Of a stretch of DNA of 64,000 bases, positions 1 through 12,619 are shown piece by piece (position 1 is the stretch's first letter; the number at the start of each line of letters is the position of its first letter). The translations under genes and the position numbers were made by a program. Source of the stretch: Klebsormidium nitens (lineage: Eukaryota; Plantae; Klebsormidiophyceae); assembly GCA_000708835.1 (NCBI GenBank), contig DF236972.1, positions 62,001-126,000 on the forward strand. Reading direction: 5' to 3'. The notes under the pieces are model-generated. The model was given only the letters and a program-made list of their open reading frames with translations. It did no database searches and was not told where the DNA came from.

Positions 1-377
1 TTACTGCCAGTGCAGCGGGATGCTTGAGAAAGGCGCAGCAACCGTCTCTGCAACCATACTTTTGACCTTTTCACCAATCAATTGTAACCTCCGCGTAACT
101 TTTCTTTTTTGGAAAATTCAGCTGAGTCCAGCATATCGATGATTTCGTAATGCCTCCATGCAGGATCATAAGAAATCACGAGACTATTGAAAGCACATTG
201 ACCACTACACGACAAGCGAACGTGTGATTGGGTTGTATGAGACTTCGCACTTTCGGGCGTGGTTTTTGTATTTCCCCTTCGATCTTTTTCCAATCTGCGT
301 GCATGATCAAAAAGCCTATTTTGACACGCGGTTCAGACCCCATTTGCATTCAAAGCGTGATTCGCACCTTCCCCTAG

Positions 378-3300
378 GCTCTTCGTCGAGGTCTGCCAAG
401 AGCACCCCCGCCTCAGTCTCCCCTTCCCGCCGCCCCTCAATCGTCAGCACCCCAAGCGAACCGCTATCCGCCCACGTGGCAAACCCACGTGCTGACACAT
501 GTCCCGAGGCAAAGAAGAGAGCCTTGGACAAGCTCGCGCCCGGCGCTCCGCTTATCGCCGAACTAGAACGGGCAGCCAACGGTGGGAAAGCATCTCAACC
601 GGGAAAGGTCGTCGAGAAGCCGGCGTGGAAAGGCCCTCTTGATGACATGGTGGGCGATTTTGGGGCGGGGTTTGACTTCGACGAGCTGCCGACAGGGCCC
701 CCTCAGAGAAGGAAGACGTTTGCTGGGTTCGAAGGTGAGCGGAGTACTGGAGACGATTTTGTTTGTGCGAGGACGCGAACTTGAAAAGCGAACCCTTTTA
801 GAGCGAACGGATCCCTGATTGTCTGATGTCGACGGCTGGGTTTAGATCGAGGAGAAGGCAGAAAAGTTGTCGTCAATCGTAGGGGTTCTTCCTCAGGGAA
901 CTATTTGCTAGCAGGTCAGAAGTCAGCTCGTGTTGAAAGTTTCCTTAAAACAAGGATTCTGACGTCAGCGGCCTCCTTCAAACGGTAGGTTTGGTGAATG
1001 CTCCAACATCGACTATTCGCGCACGTTGGAACAACTAATTGAGACTCGTCTCGACGGGGAGTCGAGTATTCAATCTTTGCGCGGCCGCTCAATAGATGCA
1101 ACCAACGCAGTGGGGGATAACTAACCTCGTGTGCTGCGCAGACCTTCCTAATCGTCACAATACTCTCTGCAGATTCTGTATCCTGGGACCCCCTGCCGCG
1201 CCCGACTCGCCCTTCCGCCACTCCCCAAGCCAAGCCCCCCGCTGCCCCCCTCCCAAAGAAAACGTCCCCTGCCCAAAAACCTCAAACCCGAAACCAAACC
1301 CAAACCCAAACGCAGAAACGGAAACAAAACCAAGAGCCTGTTTTGCTGGTCATCCCCAACGAGCCCGTCGGGCCGCTGCGACCCAAGCCGCGCCTGTCCA
1401 GGAAGTCCGCCGGCGCTAGCGATGACGTCAGCAAGGAGGCCGGTGACGTCAGCAAGGCGAGGAGTGACGTCGGCAAGGCGCGGGCGCCGCTGCAGGCAAA
1501 GGGCGAGCTGCTGAACGCGATGCCGGTGGATCGGCCCGCTGTTGAAGAAGCGAAAAAGGCGGAACGGCCTGCGGGTTTACAGCAAACCGGCGGAAAACCC
1601 GAGGATCATAAGGGCTCCGCGGGTTCGGCCGTGCGTGATGTCACGTCAGCTGCCAGCGTGGCACCTGGAAGGAAAGAAGCGCCGGCGCGGAAAGCGGGTG
1701 CGGAGGACGGCGAGAAGTCACCAAGTGACGGGACAGCGGACGGGGGAGACGTGCCGACGAGTGACGTCAGCCCACGTCAGCCGGAAGGCGTGAGGCGACT
1801 GCCGTCGTCCAAGATCCCACGGCCACGTGGCACCCCGGGGTTCGCGCTCGCGCACAGGGCGCGGCACTCCCTGCGGTTTGGGGGAGGGGTCGGTGAATTG
1901 TTGAGCGCAACCGAGGGAGCTGCAGTGGGCTCGGAGGGGGATCCCCCAAAGGATGGGGAGGCCGAGAGCTTATCGGCGAGGCGCAGATATACGGAACAGT
2001 GCGAGGAGGTGCGAACAAAAGATTCAAATGCGCCTCCGGCCTATGAGAATCTTTAAAGTCCACGTTTGACTGCATCGGGCCAAATGTGTCCCAGTTTGGG
2101 AACGCGATACAGTGCAAATCTTGGCGGTGTCGTCGGGTTGCCTTGCCTCCGTCGATACAAACGTCATCCTAGTAAAGCGCTGCAGCAGACTAACGGCAGG
2201 TGTGCAATTCACTTCCAGCATGCCTCTGAATTCCAGCAGTACAATTCGTCTTTGCGCTCTCTCTCTCATATTGCTACCAAGTAGTTATGTGCATTAGGCA
2301 CGAGATACAGAGAATAGTTTACCGATCACCTATTGGGGCCCATACCTTCTGTTTGCCCGGGTTTCTCTAGCCTGCCTTATGTCGTGCAACAAACAGACCG
2401 TGTTTTTATCCCTGTGCAGGAGTTTCCGGTGCACCAGGCGGATTCCGCAGAGTTCCTGATCCGGACCCCGTCGAGCGGAATCGACCAGCCCCTGACCGCC
2501 AGCGAGGAGGCTGCTCTTGAACGGCAAGCCGGCAGCTTTCCGACCATCTTATTGCAACGGAACCTTGACGGAAGCGGATCTTCAACGGAACGGAGCGAAG
2601 TTTCCAACGATTTTGGCACCGCCCTTCAGCAGGAGATAGCCGGGCTCAACAATTCGCTAGACGCGATGAAGGAGACGCTCCGCGGCCTGAACGGAAGCGC
2701 AGCGGCACGGCGGAGGAGCAGCGGAAAGCTGAGGAGAGGGAAGGACTCCGCTCGCAGCACGGGGAGCCGCGCGTCTGACGTCAGCAGCCAAGAGGAGGGT
2801 GACACGTGTCGCACCGGCGAGTCGGAGGACGAGGGCGGGTTAGCGCGGGCTTTGAAGGGGCTAACCCTGGTTGGTAACGACAATTTGGGCGAGGGAAGAG
2901 ACAGGGAAAATGGGAAGAGCTCGGAGGCTAAAGACGAGAGGATGGATCCTGGCAAGGCCTCCGATCTGACTGCTCAGATTGCCGATCAAGAGCGGATCCG
3001 GCAGGCTTTGCTGACCGAGATCTCGGCGCGAACTGTAGCCAACCCTTTGCTGGCTGAGCATCAGAGGGATTTCCTGAGCGAGTCGCAGGGGGAGTGGGCG
3101 GTAGTGACTGGGGAGGAGAGCCACGTGTCAGCATGTGCGCCTGTCCCCGTCAGCAGGGACGGAGTTGCGAAGAGGGACTCCGTTCTGGAGGACGACTATG
3201 AAGATGACTTTGAGGCGGGTGCGGCGGAAGAGGCGGAAGGCCGGGGCGGTGACGAGGGTTTCGACGTCGAAGGCGTGGAGGGGCAGTTTGAGGCGGCCGC

Positions 3301-4776
3301 TTTCGACGTCGAAGGCGAGGAGCTGGTGGAAGTGGGCAGTGGAGGCGACCAGAAAGCCAGGTGCAGCACTGTTCCATTCGCAGAATCCGTTCTCCCCTCC
3401 GGCGTCGGGAGTGAAAGAATCGTTGGAATGAAGCGTATCCCGTTAGAGTCTGGCCCTTTGGGGCGACGCTCCAGTTCCTTTCCAAGACTTTGGAGAAGAA
3501 ATGAAGTCTTCCAGCTAGCTACGGTGATGTTGTCGGATCATGCCGCATCCGTATTGAAGATGTTCAGAAGGACTTTCGCACGTTCGTCTAGACTCCTTCA
3601 GAACATTTCGTCAGAAGAAGGCTCTTTGCATCAGATTCAAGTAACGTTGAAGATTGTGTGACTCTTTGAGGCGTCAACGGAGCGCTCGCGCACCTCTTGA
3701 GAATAGTCTTCAGACATTTGGTTGATACAGGACACAGGACCGGGAAAAGAGGGGACTGCAACACCCGGAGCAGACACTCACACTGTGTCCCACGGTCAGG
3801 GTTTGGTCGACATGCCCGTTGCGACTGCTTCTTCGCGGTGTTCAACTGTCAATGCTCGTGGACAAACATTTTTCATCAAGAGCAGTGCCTGCGCCTCAGC
3901 AACCTAACCTTTGGCAGGCCCTCTAAAAATAGATTCAAAGTGTCATCACAGTTCATAGATGCCTCCTGCAGATCTTTGTTAAATCTTCTTCATTCCCGGT
4001 AGCAAACCCATTTTCCCGCTGGGCCCGTGATCGTATCTTACTCAGAGTCGTCATGCTTAACCTGATTTTGACCGGTTTGTTGCAGTCCGCGGGCCGGCTT
4101 CCTCGCACGGCTGTCATACCAGGTGGATGGGGTGCGGGGCTCTCGAGAGGTAAGGGAGCCCTGCTGACGTCATCACCCCGTCATCATCACTCGTAGGTCG
4201 ACCTATGCAAGTATCATTGACAACGTGTTAGGATCTTTTCGATCGCACATAGGTGCATATTAGACTCCTCCTTTCTCGAGTTGAAGTATCGAACGTGCGA
4301 TTCTGGAGAGTCCGGCCTTTTAGCTTGGTCGGGATGTTCTTTGCCCCTGGATTGGCGGCAGGGTTAGTAGCGACGTGTCCAAGGATCTTCTATAGAAACT
4401 GGGACGCCACGTGTCTGTCTTCCGCTCGGGAAGCGTTTGGAGTGGGAAAGCAGGAGCAGCGGCCTCTTCGTTTTCTGGATAAAACGGAACGCATCACTCT
4501 TATCAATGTACCACGGTTCAATTATTTCGCCAAGGATAGGAGGCGTCGCTTCAGCTCTGTTGTAAAGGTCGATTTGCTGCGCGCTTATACGAAGGTCTGG
4601 ATGCTTGACACAAGGATGTTTGTGCGCAGGAGTCCTTGCCAGCAAGCCCCGAGCGGTTAGTCGCTGGCGGCTTCGCCCAGCTGACTGCCCGGGGGACAAA
4701 GAGAGTACCCGACATGGAGGGCCTCACCGCCGAGATCGAGAAGCTGGAACAAGAGATGCAACGGCTTAGACGGTGA
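378..4776 (+). CDS. Hypothetical multi-exon low-complexity (S/A/E/G/P-rich) protein, 3' portion, ending in a short coiled coil
   Basis: Phase-compatible exons 378-734 (tag|, |gtgagc) and from 1173 (ctgcag|) into ORF 1343-2056, long ORF 2333-3661, last exon 4681-4776 (LTARGTKRVPDMEGLTAEIEKLEQEMQRLRR*). No family recognised; start not located. Confidence 0.5.
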
Positions 4777-7273
4777 TCGAAAATTTAGCAATCAAGGAGC
4801 CCGCTGTCCAGTTGCGGCGAACACGTTTCTGATCAGGCTCGCAATTTTTAAGGGGCTTCGGCGGAGATACATAATGAGGCGGACATGCGTGTCTCAGCCA
4901 ATTTGCAAGGGCCAACTTAGCTCCTATTAAAGCCGTAGGCTGCTCTATCCCTTATTTCCGGTGTCAGTGTCGGACCATTGGACGCGGCCAGTTATTGGCC
5001 GTCACTGCTTAATTCCATGCCATGATTTGACTCGCTTATCAAATTACCCTCGATTTAGTGTATGCAGAACTGAATTCATCCTCTGAGATCAAAATTCCGA
5101 CTATCGGGTCCTCATATATACGAGCTTGTATGTGACCGCAGGTAGATCTGCATACAACTCGTAGCTTGCCACAGTGTCCGACGTCCAATAGCGGAGTATC
5201 TTAACAAGCTGCAGGCCGCGCTGCTGGCCATGTATGTGACATAATTGAGCCTACATATGCGCCATTCATTGGTGGCGGCCACCGTTCGCGCGCTTTTCGC
5301 CAAGGTCTTTTTTTCACTGGATTACTGCCGGATGTACATGCCCAATATGTATGTCATGTGCATATATGGACAGTTATTTTTTCTGCAGGAATTCAATGAT
5401 GCGCACACAGTGTATATTATAGCTTTTTGTTAGTGATTATAAGAAATGATTGGTCATGGTCGCGCATGAGGTGCAGCTGAGCTAGATTTAGGTGTAGCAG
5501 AATGATTGAATTGCATCTATAGGGCCGGGGAATTATTGACAGTAGACTTAGAAGACCATGCCCATTCAGGTTGAAGCACGTCACGGCGTGCAATGTTTGA
5601 GAGACACGACAAACGCGACAAAAAGCACCATGCCGCGCCCATGGGAGTCGCAAGTGAATTCAATTTATTATGCATGTACTGAAAGTCGCTTCTCTCACAT
5701 TGAATGTGACGACCGAAACAACTAACCTCAGTAAGGTGCTAGCTCAAGTCAGGACCGACAATTGCAGCTATGAGATCATGAAAGAAAAACTCAGCCAAGA
5801 AGCATTCTATTGATCGTCAAAAGCGGAGCATAGATACACATACGGATTGCCAATGGATGAAAGTTTGAAGAATCATGACCCTAAAGCTGCATGAAGATCC
5901 GCATATTCAAGCTTGCGAAAGTACCCTCCCAAGCTTATTTCTTTGGTTCAATTTTGAAAGGGAAGACACAGCCAGACCTCGAGCAGGACAACAAGCAGAG
6001 GAAGAACAATAAAAATTTGATGCAACGATAACCCAAGCATTCGCGGCGCAAGAGTCAGGGCAAGACCGCCAGCAAGGCAGGACCAAAATGCTTAACGTCT
6101 GCTCAGAGCAATTTAGCATGCTTATTGTTTGCTTAAAGTACTTCCAAAGGCTCAATCTCAGATTCTGCACAACATAGAGCAGGGGCTTTGCCTGACATGG
6201 GAAAAAAAAAACGGACAAAGCAGAAACCCCTTAGCACAAACCACGGTCTGCTTTTCCCACATGTCTTGACCCCAAAAGAAAACCCGAAGAAATCATTGAA
6301 GGAAGATCAAGCCGAAAGCCCAGAACAACAATGCTCCGCACAACTCCGCCGACAAAACTCTGGGCTGCTTCCTTTCCTGAGCATGCTCAGAGCTCCAGGA
6401 CTCTGCTCCTGGTCAGATGCCAGGACTGAAGCTGATGTGTGCTAAACCTTATGCGCTGGCTAACGAAGGGCAACATAACTCATGTGTTCACAGGAAAAAG
6501 GAGGTACAAGAGAGCCAGAAAGAAAATACAATACAACAGCTAGACTCCCAGCTGCCCGACCCTCTCAAAACTCCACCGGCAATAAGCAACCAGCAAGCCT
6601 CAAGTAGAAACCCGGACCCAAGAGCTGAGCAAAACAAGAGAAGAGAAGTCTGAGAAGTCTCTGGCCAATGAGTCAACACCCGACAAGCTACTCGACCCTT
6701 AGCTGCTGTTGAATCCTGGGGCAAGATTGAAAACCCCTCACGCAAAGGCTTTTGACCTTGCAACCTGCAACTTAGAATGAAACCGCGACAAAGACTGATA
6801 TAATAGTCCAACCAAGAAGCACCAAACTAGGGTTTTGGAGGTAAAAGAACTCCATGTAAGTGCCAAGCTCAGATGAAACCCAAACTACAACTAATGAGCT
6901 AAAGGACCCTGACGGCAGCAATACTGGCTGACAAGCAGCCTGAGACATGCACCCATGCACAAACATGACACAGATGGCAATATGCAGCTCATAAACACCG
7001 ATTTGGCCGGTCGGCAATGATATCAATGTCTGTAGCATGCTTCTAATGATCGAGCAAAGTACTTTACAAGCATCCTGTGAGAGTTCAAGACCGCTAACTT
7101 GACCTGTCTACGTCTAACTGCTCCTACCTACATATCTGCATCTGGCACTACAAGTGGACAACTAACCAGGAAGACCAGCTACAGTCCTGTCCCAAGGCAG
7201 GAAGCCACCGACCCACCTTGCTTGGACCCTTCGCCAGCCTCAAATGAATGGACCTGCTGTCACCCTTGACTTG

Positions 7274-7828
7274 CTAGATCCTGTCGACCTTGCTTCCCAC
7301 AACCAGAGGGTTTGCCTTGGCAATCGCATCCTGACCGAGCTTCCTGTAATCAAATCGACACTCATGCCTGTCTGAGTAGCGGTGCTGTGAGCAGAAAGTG
7401 TCCCCGCAGCGGCATTTGAACCCCGTCAGACCGACGCGCTTCTTGCAGGATGCGCACCGATTCGCCGGCTTCTGCTGCTCAGGAGCCTGTCCGCTTGCAG
7501 AGGGAGTGCTCTCCTGCGGTCTCTCCGAAGCTCCCCCCTGGTCCAACAACCTGGCAACTGCTCCAGACTCCTCCTGCTCCACTCTGCTCTTGGTCACATC
7601 CACATCCATCGTCTTAGGGGCCTCAGCCGCCTTTTCCGTATCCACAGCCGTGCTCTCCTTCTGCTTTGACTGCTTGAGCACCGTCTCTTTGAAGCACTTG
7701 GAGCACATCATGCCAGTATCCGCAGACCCAAAGAAGCCACACCCATTGCGGCAGAGCACTGGACCGGTAGGCGGGTTGAAGGGCACGTCGCGGGACTCCA
7801 TCCCCTTGCGGCCTTGGTGGTCAGCCAT
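7274..7828 (-). CDS. SAP: A20/AN1 zinc-finger stress-associated protein, single coding exon, 184 aa
   Basis: A20 finger LCRNGCGFFGSADTGMMCSKCF and AN1 finger RCASCKKRVGLTGFKCRCGDTFCSQHRYSDRHEC, typical C-terminus DAIAKANPLVVGSKVDRI; ATG at 7828. Confidence 0.95.
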   Translation of the reverse strand: MADHQGRKGMESRDVPFNPPTGPVLCRNGCGFFGSADTGMMCSKCFKETVLKQSKQKESTAVDTEKAAEAPKTMDVDVTKSRVEQEESGAVARLLDQGGASERPQESTPSASGQAPEQQKPANRCASCKKRVGLTGFKCRCGDTFCSQHRYSDRHECRFDYRKLGQDAIAKANPLVVGSKVDRI

Positions 7829-8640
7829 CTCTTTTCCGATGAAGACCAGCGACAAAACGCGAAGCGCTGATGTCGAAAGGAGCAAGGACGCGAAGGAGAG
7901 GCGCCTGCAACTCAAATGGCTAACAAATTTGTGACTATTTGATGGAAGCAGCTTCCCGTAAATACAGAAGAAGGCGCCCTGGAAACAGGTGACCTCGCTG
8001 TCACCTGCACCGCTTTCCACGGGTTACCGCTGCCCGTACATGCACCATGAATGAATGGTCGCGCAGCATTGTCAAGTTCTCAGATGGCGCAAGCACTGTA
8101 ACGCTTCAGCACAAACTATGTTTCAGCGTTACACAGACATCCTGGTGTTCGTACCTGCCATACGCGGCGTTCTGTTCGGGGGTTAATTTTCGACGGTCCG
8201 TATGGTCAACTGCAGCCATGTGGGACCGGGCAGGCTGCAGGTGCAAGACTGAGCTGGCCGAGCCGGTTTAGCACGTGGAATTTATCGCGGTTTGACAAAC
8301 GAAGTCTCTGGGACACCAGTTTCAACCTCTAAACTGGAGACCGGAGGCCCTTCTAGAGGGATGCCGAAGGGCAGTCGGCGAGACAGGCTGGGCAGCATTC
8401 CCCGTTGAATCTGAAACCTTCTAGACGTCTCGACGAAACTTTAGTCTGTTTCACGGGTGGGTTACATATTCAAACCAGTTGGAGACAATCCAAGATCGCA
8501 GATTCGAATCAAGTGGAGGCTGTGGAGCACGATCAGATTATTCTGGGTGACTGCCCACCATATCATGCTCAGCCCGGTAGGTACCGCTTTGTACATAGAT
8601 TGTGTAATCTGCTCTTGCATCGTCCACCTTCAAGACTCGT

Positions 8641-8735
8641 GATTGTGTGGCCTAATGGATAAGGCGCTTGCCTCCGGTCGGAGTTACATCCGTGGACACA
8701 GCAAGAGACTCGGGGTTCGAGTCCCCGCACAATCG
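8641..8735 (+). tRNA. tRNA-Arg(CCG) with 22-nt intron (8678-8699)
   Basis: Full cloverleaf: acceptor GATTGTG/CACAATC, D arm GCCT-AATGGATA-AGGC, anticodon stem CTTGC/GCAAG with CCG at 8674-8676, T arm CGGGG-TTCGAGT-CCCCG, T-run terminator at ~8740. Confidence 0.93.
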
Positions 8736-9972
8736 CTTCTTTTTGCGGTCTCCCGGCGCGGTGCACTGTTGCACTAGGCACTGTCTTGAGTTTTGACCTC
8801 GTTTTGACTTGATGACTTCGGCCTGTCGTTCCTTCTGTCCTCCTGTTTACTCAACTTCAGGACTGTGATACGATCGCCCACCTGTCAAAATCTATAATCG
8901 TATCGGCCCTTATAATATAGTCGATATAGGATTACAGTGTCCCCATTGAGGCGCCCGGGGACTCGCCAATTAAAGCTCAAAAGGCGATCCGACTGCCGTT
9001 TGGTGTGCCAATCTCATGGTAACTGCTTATTGTTTAATGCCCTCAACCGCTATGGCCCCTTAAGAAGCACAGTCTTCGGCAAGGCTAAAAAACTGTTTTT
9101 GACTCCACAACTTGCACTCAATATGCAGCTACAAGTCGTTTCCATGGCTATATGCAAACCCGAAGTTACAGTGTATGTACCGTACTATATAAGAATATAA
9201 CCATCGAATTTAGGTAGCATGGTATCATTGAAGGGTGTGCAATTACGACTATTGCAGTTAAACTGAATTACCATGCCTGAGTACGTACAGTCAATATAGT
9301 AGCTTCAACTTCCATGGGGCTGCACCTCTGCACGTACGACATGTAAGGTTGATTCCCTTGTACCTCTGCAAGAGCAGATCGTGCTCAAAGTTCACAATAT
9401 TATGCAGATATAACATGCGTGTCGCACCAATGCGCCCTTAGCCACACACGATGGACATTAAGCCCAGAAAATCATAGAAAAACAGAATGTTGCAGCTAGT
9501 AACAAGTTGTCTCGTGAACTTGGAAAAGCAGGTAGTTTTAGAATCATGCCATAAATATAATCATACCACGTGGTACTGCAGTATTCGATACCGCCGCAGC
9601 TAGACTTTTTTGTGCAACAAGCCACATAATCATGGAATTAAGCCTATGGCCCATGTGGCTACGGCGTTTGAAAAGAGAACATCATTTATCATTTCGGATC
9701 TATCGTGGCGTTGACATCCAACGTCTGTCGCAATTGGCAGTTGATGACTCATGACGGTCAAGCTTACGTATGGTGTCAATGGCAAAGGTTTGGGACTCTC
9801 TGCTTGGAAGATTAGCTGCCCATGGGAAGCGTCGACATGTATGAGTGCCACTCGGAAATGAATGACTTATTGAGACGAATGCTCTGATGCTGGATAAGGA
9901 GGTCCGCACTATAGGATAACAAGTGCGCCAGGACGCACCTGCTTCCTTGAGAACTTTTGCGCCACGAGAAAT

Positions 9973-10411
9973 NNNNNNNNNNNNNNNNNNNNNNNNNNNN
10001 NNNNNNNNNNNNNNNNNNNNNNNNNNNNNNNNNNNNNNNNNNNNNNNNNNNNNNNNNNNNNNNNNNNNNNNNNNNNNNNNNNNNNNNNNNNNNNNNNNNN
10101 NNNNNNNNNNNNNNNNNNNNNNNNNNNNNNNNNNNNNNNNNNNNNNNNNNNNNNNNNNNNNNNNNNNNNNNNNNNNNNNNNNNNNNNNNNNNNNNNNNNN
10201 NNNNNNNNNNNNNNNNNNNNNNNNNNNNNNNNNNNNNNNNNNNNNNNNNNNNNNNNNNNNNNNNNNNNNNNNNNNNNNNNNNNNNNNNNNNNNNNNNNNN
10301 NNNNNNNNNNNNNNNNNNNNNNNNNNNNNNNNNNNNNNNNNNNNNNNNNNNNNNNNNNNNNNNNNNNNNNNNNNNNNNNNNNNNNNNNNNNNNNNNNNNN
10401 NNNNNNNNNNN
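9973..10411. other. Assembly gap (439 N)
   Basis: Run of N; ORFs spanning it are artefacts. Confidence 1.
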
Positions 10412-10609
10412 TTGATGCACCAATTGGCTAAAGGCGTTATTGAATGGAACTTACCATGCACGAATGAAGCAGAACACCATCATGGTGCAAGATAACCAAA
10501 CAAAATTGAGTGAGTGGTAATGTGACTGCATGAAAGGCAAGCAACTGATCCCATGATTCATTTCAACGAAAGCACCGAGTCTTGTGCATCCTTGGGCTTT
10601 GATATTTAC

Positions 10610-12112
10610 TCAAAAGTTGAAGAATTTCCCGCCAAAAAAGGCCTCCCCTCTGAAAACCTCTACAAGAACCAACCCCAAAAACCCAAGCATAGCAACTCGT
10701 CCCGTGTTCCTTTCTACCACGGAGTTGAAGAACTTAAGTTGCTCGGGCATGCCCCCAGGCTTGGCTGCATCTAGTAGTTCACCGAGGCCTTCGTCGGCAA
10801 TGAACTTCGGCGCCAAAGAAGCTAGTGTGAAAACAAAGATAGTGGTAAAGACGTTCCCTGCAATGCACGCAAGATGACAGACTCGTAAGAGAGAAGAGTA
10901 ATACCAATTTCCAGCTTCCTCCAACTATTAGTGCTTCAACGGCAGTGTCAGCGAAGGCCAGGGCGGGCAGTCTTTGGTAAGAGTGGCGGTTGTCATTCTA
11001 ATCTGAAATGATGTTGAGGTTGGGCACGGGTTGCAGTGCTCATGTCAAACTATATGCCCTTGATGTTCTTCTTCGATAGAATTGGAAGGACAAATGGAAT
11101 TAGTTCAATAGGAAGATAAGGTTCTCACCTCCGTTTGCCAAGAGCTGGTCCAACGCGGTTTGCTTCGTGCTGAACTCAGCGGCCGCCGTGGCGACGAACC
11201 CAAGCATTGCTAGTCTCCCATTGACAATCTCAGGGGCTGACCCACTGCACAAGGCAGAACCGTTCAAAATATGAGTACCTTCAGTAGATCCAGAATCCAA
11301 GTAATGAAGAATAGACAACTGAGCAGCAAAAAGGAGACAAACATGGAAAAAGGTTAGGAACAGCGATGTCCCAAGGTAAGCGCAAGTGAGCCTGGCACAC
11401 CTGAACGCCATCAGCTCCTCAAACGTTTCATTGTCCCCAAACTTCCTTGCTCCTCCTGAAGCAGTTGTCTCCCCTTCCTTTGGCGCCTTCGGGGGCATGG
11501 GTGGTCTGTCATCGACAGGTTTCCTCGGTGTAGGCCGCGCAACTTGTGGTCGTTGCGGCGCTCCTGAAGATCCTGCAGTGGTTTCCTGCATATCGCCAGA
11601 CTTCATGAGTAATGCAGGCCTGTTCTATCTGACATATTTCGCGCTTCTTTCAGTCGGAGCAAACTTAATGCGCCAGATATCAGTATAGTACCTCGAAGTA
11701 GTTTTCCAAAAGGAGGCAGCCAACATTAGCAGTATGTGACTGAGAGGCTTGTGATACGATTCATTTGAGTGGCCGTTAATCCATTGGCCTGATCTGACAG
11801 GACTTCAACGCTCCAATATGCAGCACGCTCTTCCAATAGATACTAGTCGGACAATGTGCGGCTTGTAACCTGAAACTAGAGAAGCCGGAAGAATGAGCTG
11901 CACTGTGGTGATGTGTCGCTTGCCTGGTTCGTCTGAGCATCCGCTCTCACGCCATTGCAAGCTGTGTTGGAGCGCGAACAGGAGCAATGCCTGGGGAACG
12001 GCAGGCGGGACTGATACTGGGGCTCGCTCAGGTTTAAGCCACTTCTTTGCAGGCCCTTGGACACAGCCGCCTTTTGGGCCGCGTGCGAGAACGAGACAGC
12101 CCTTGTTGCCAT
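10610..12112 (-). CDS. ELIP: Early light-induced protein / LHC-like chlorophyll-binding stress protein, 4 exons (12112-11924, 11585-11401, 11244-11129, 10857-10610)
   Basis: Transit-peptide-like MATRAVSFSH..., LHC motif FSGSAPEIVNGRLAMLGFVA and second motif ERNTGRVAMLGFLGLVLVEVFRG; all intron phases consistent. Confidence 0.88.
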
Positions 12113-12619
12113 GATGCAACCGTTACCTCAAAGTTGCAGCTAGGTACAAGCGCGCCTGTCCTTGCTGCTTGCAATGTCCTCCTCCTTGACTCTTGCTTGA
12201 GCGCCCTGAACATCGACTGCCAGTGCCAGTTTCTTGACGCACTTTCCTGGAGCTCAGATCAGCTCGTCAGAAACAAGCTTCACAAACTCACGGCTCGGAG
12301 TTCTTGAGAGTTACGAACATCTCCGATGAAGCTTTGGCGAGCGAACACGTCGGACACTTCTTTAAACTTTGACACGTGGGCACCAGATATTGGCAGACGC
12401 ATGGCCTATGTACAGTACACTGCTGGAGCTAGGACTAGTAGTAGGAGATCTTGTGTGCAATTCCTCTTGTCTTGCACAGGTTGCTGGAGGATTGCATTTC
12501 AATTGTGATCATTCTTCAGGTGCCCAGCTCACCCAATTCTTGCAACAGGCGTCACTGGTCAGTGTGTCTTCTTTGCTAAAACAAGTTTGGAATTCTTGGT
12601 CGTCACACGCGGCGTCATA

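Noticed and set aside
960-4175. Frequent TGACGTCA (CRE/as-1-like) motifs
   Set aside because: Mostly inside coding sequence (Asp-Val-Ser codons) and scattered across the window; likely compositional.
9620-9972. Possible pseudogene frame with several in-frame stops
   Set aside because: No recognisable homology, so it cannot be supported.
9700-10495. Long ORFs in the track
   Set aside because: They span the N gap.
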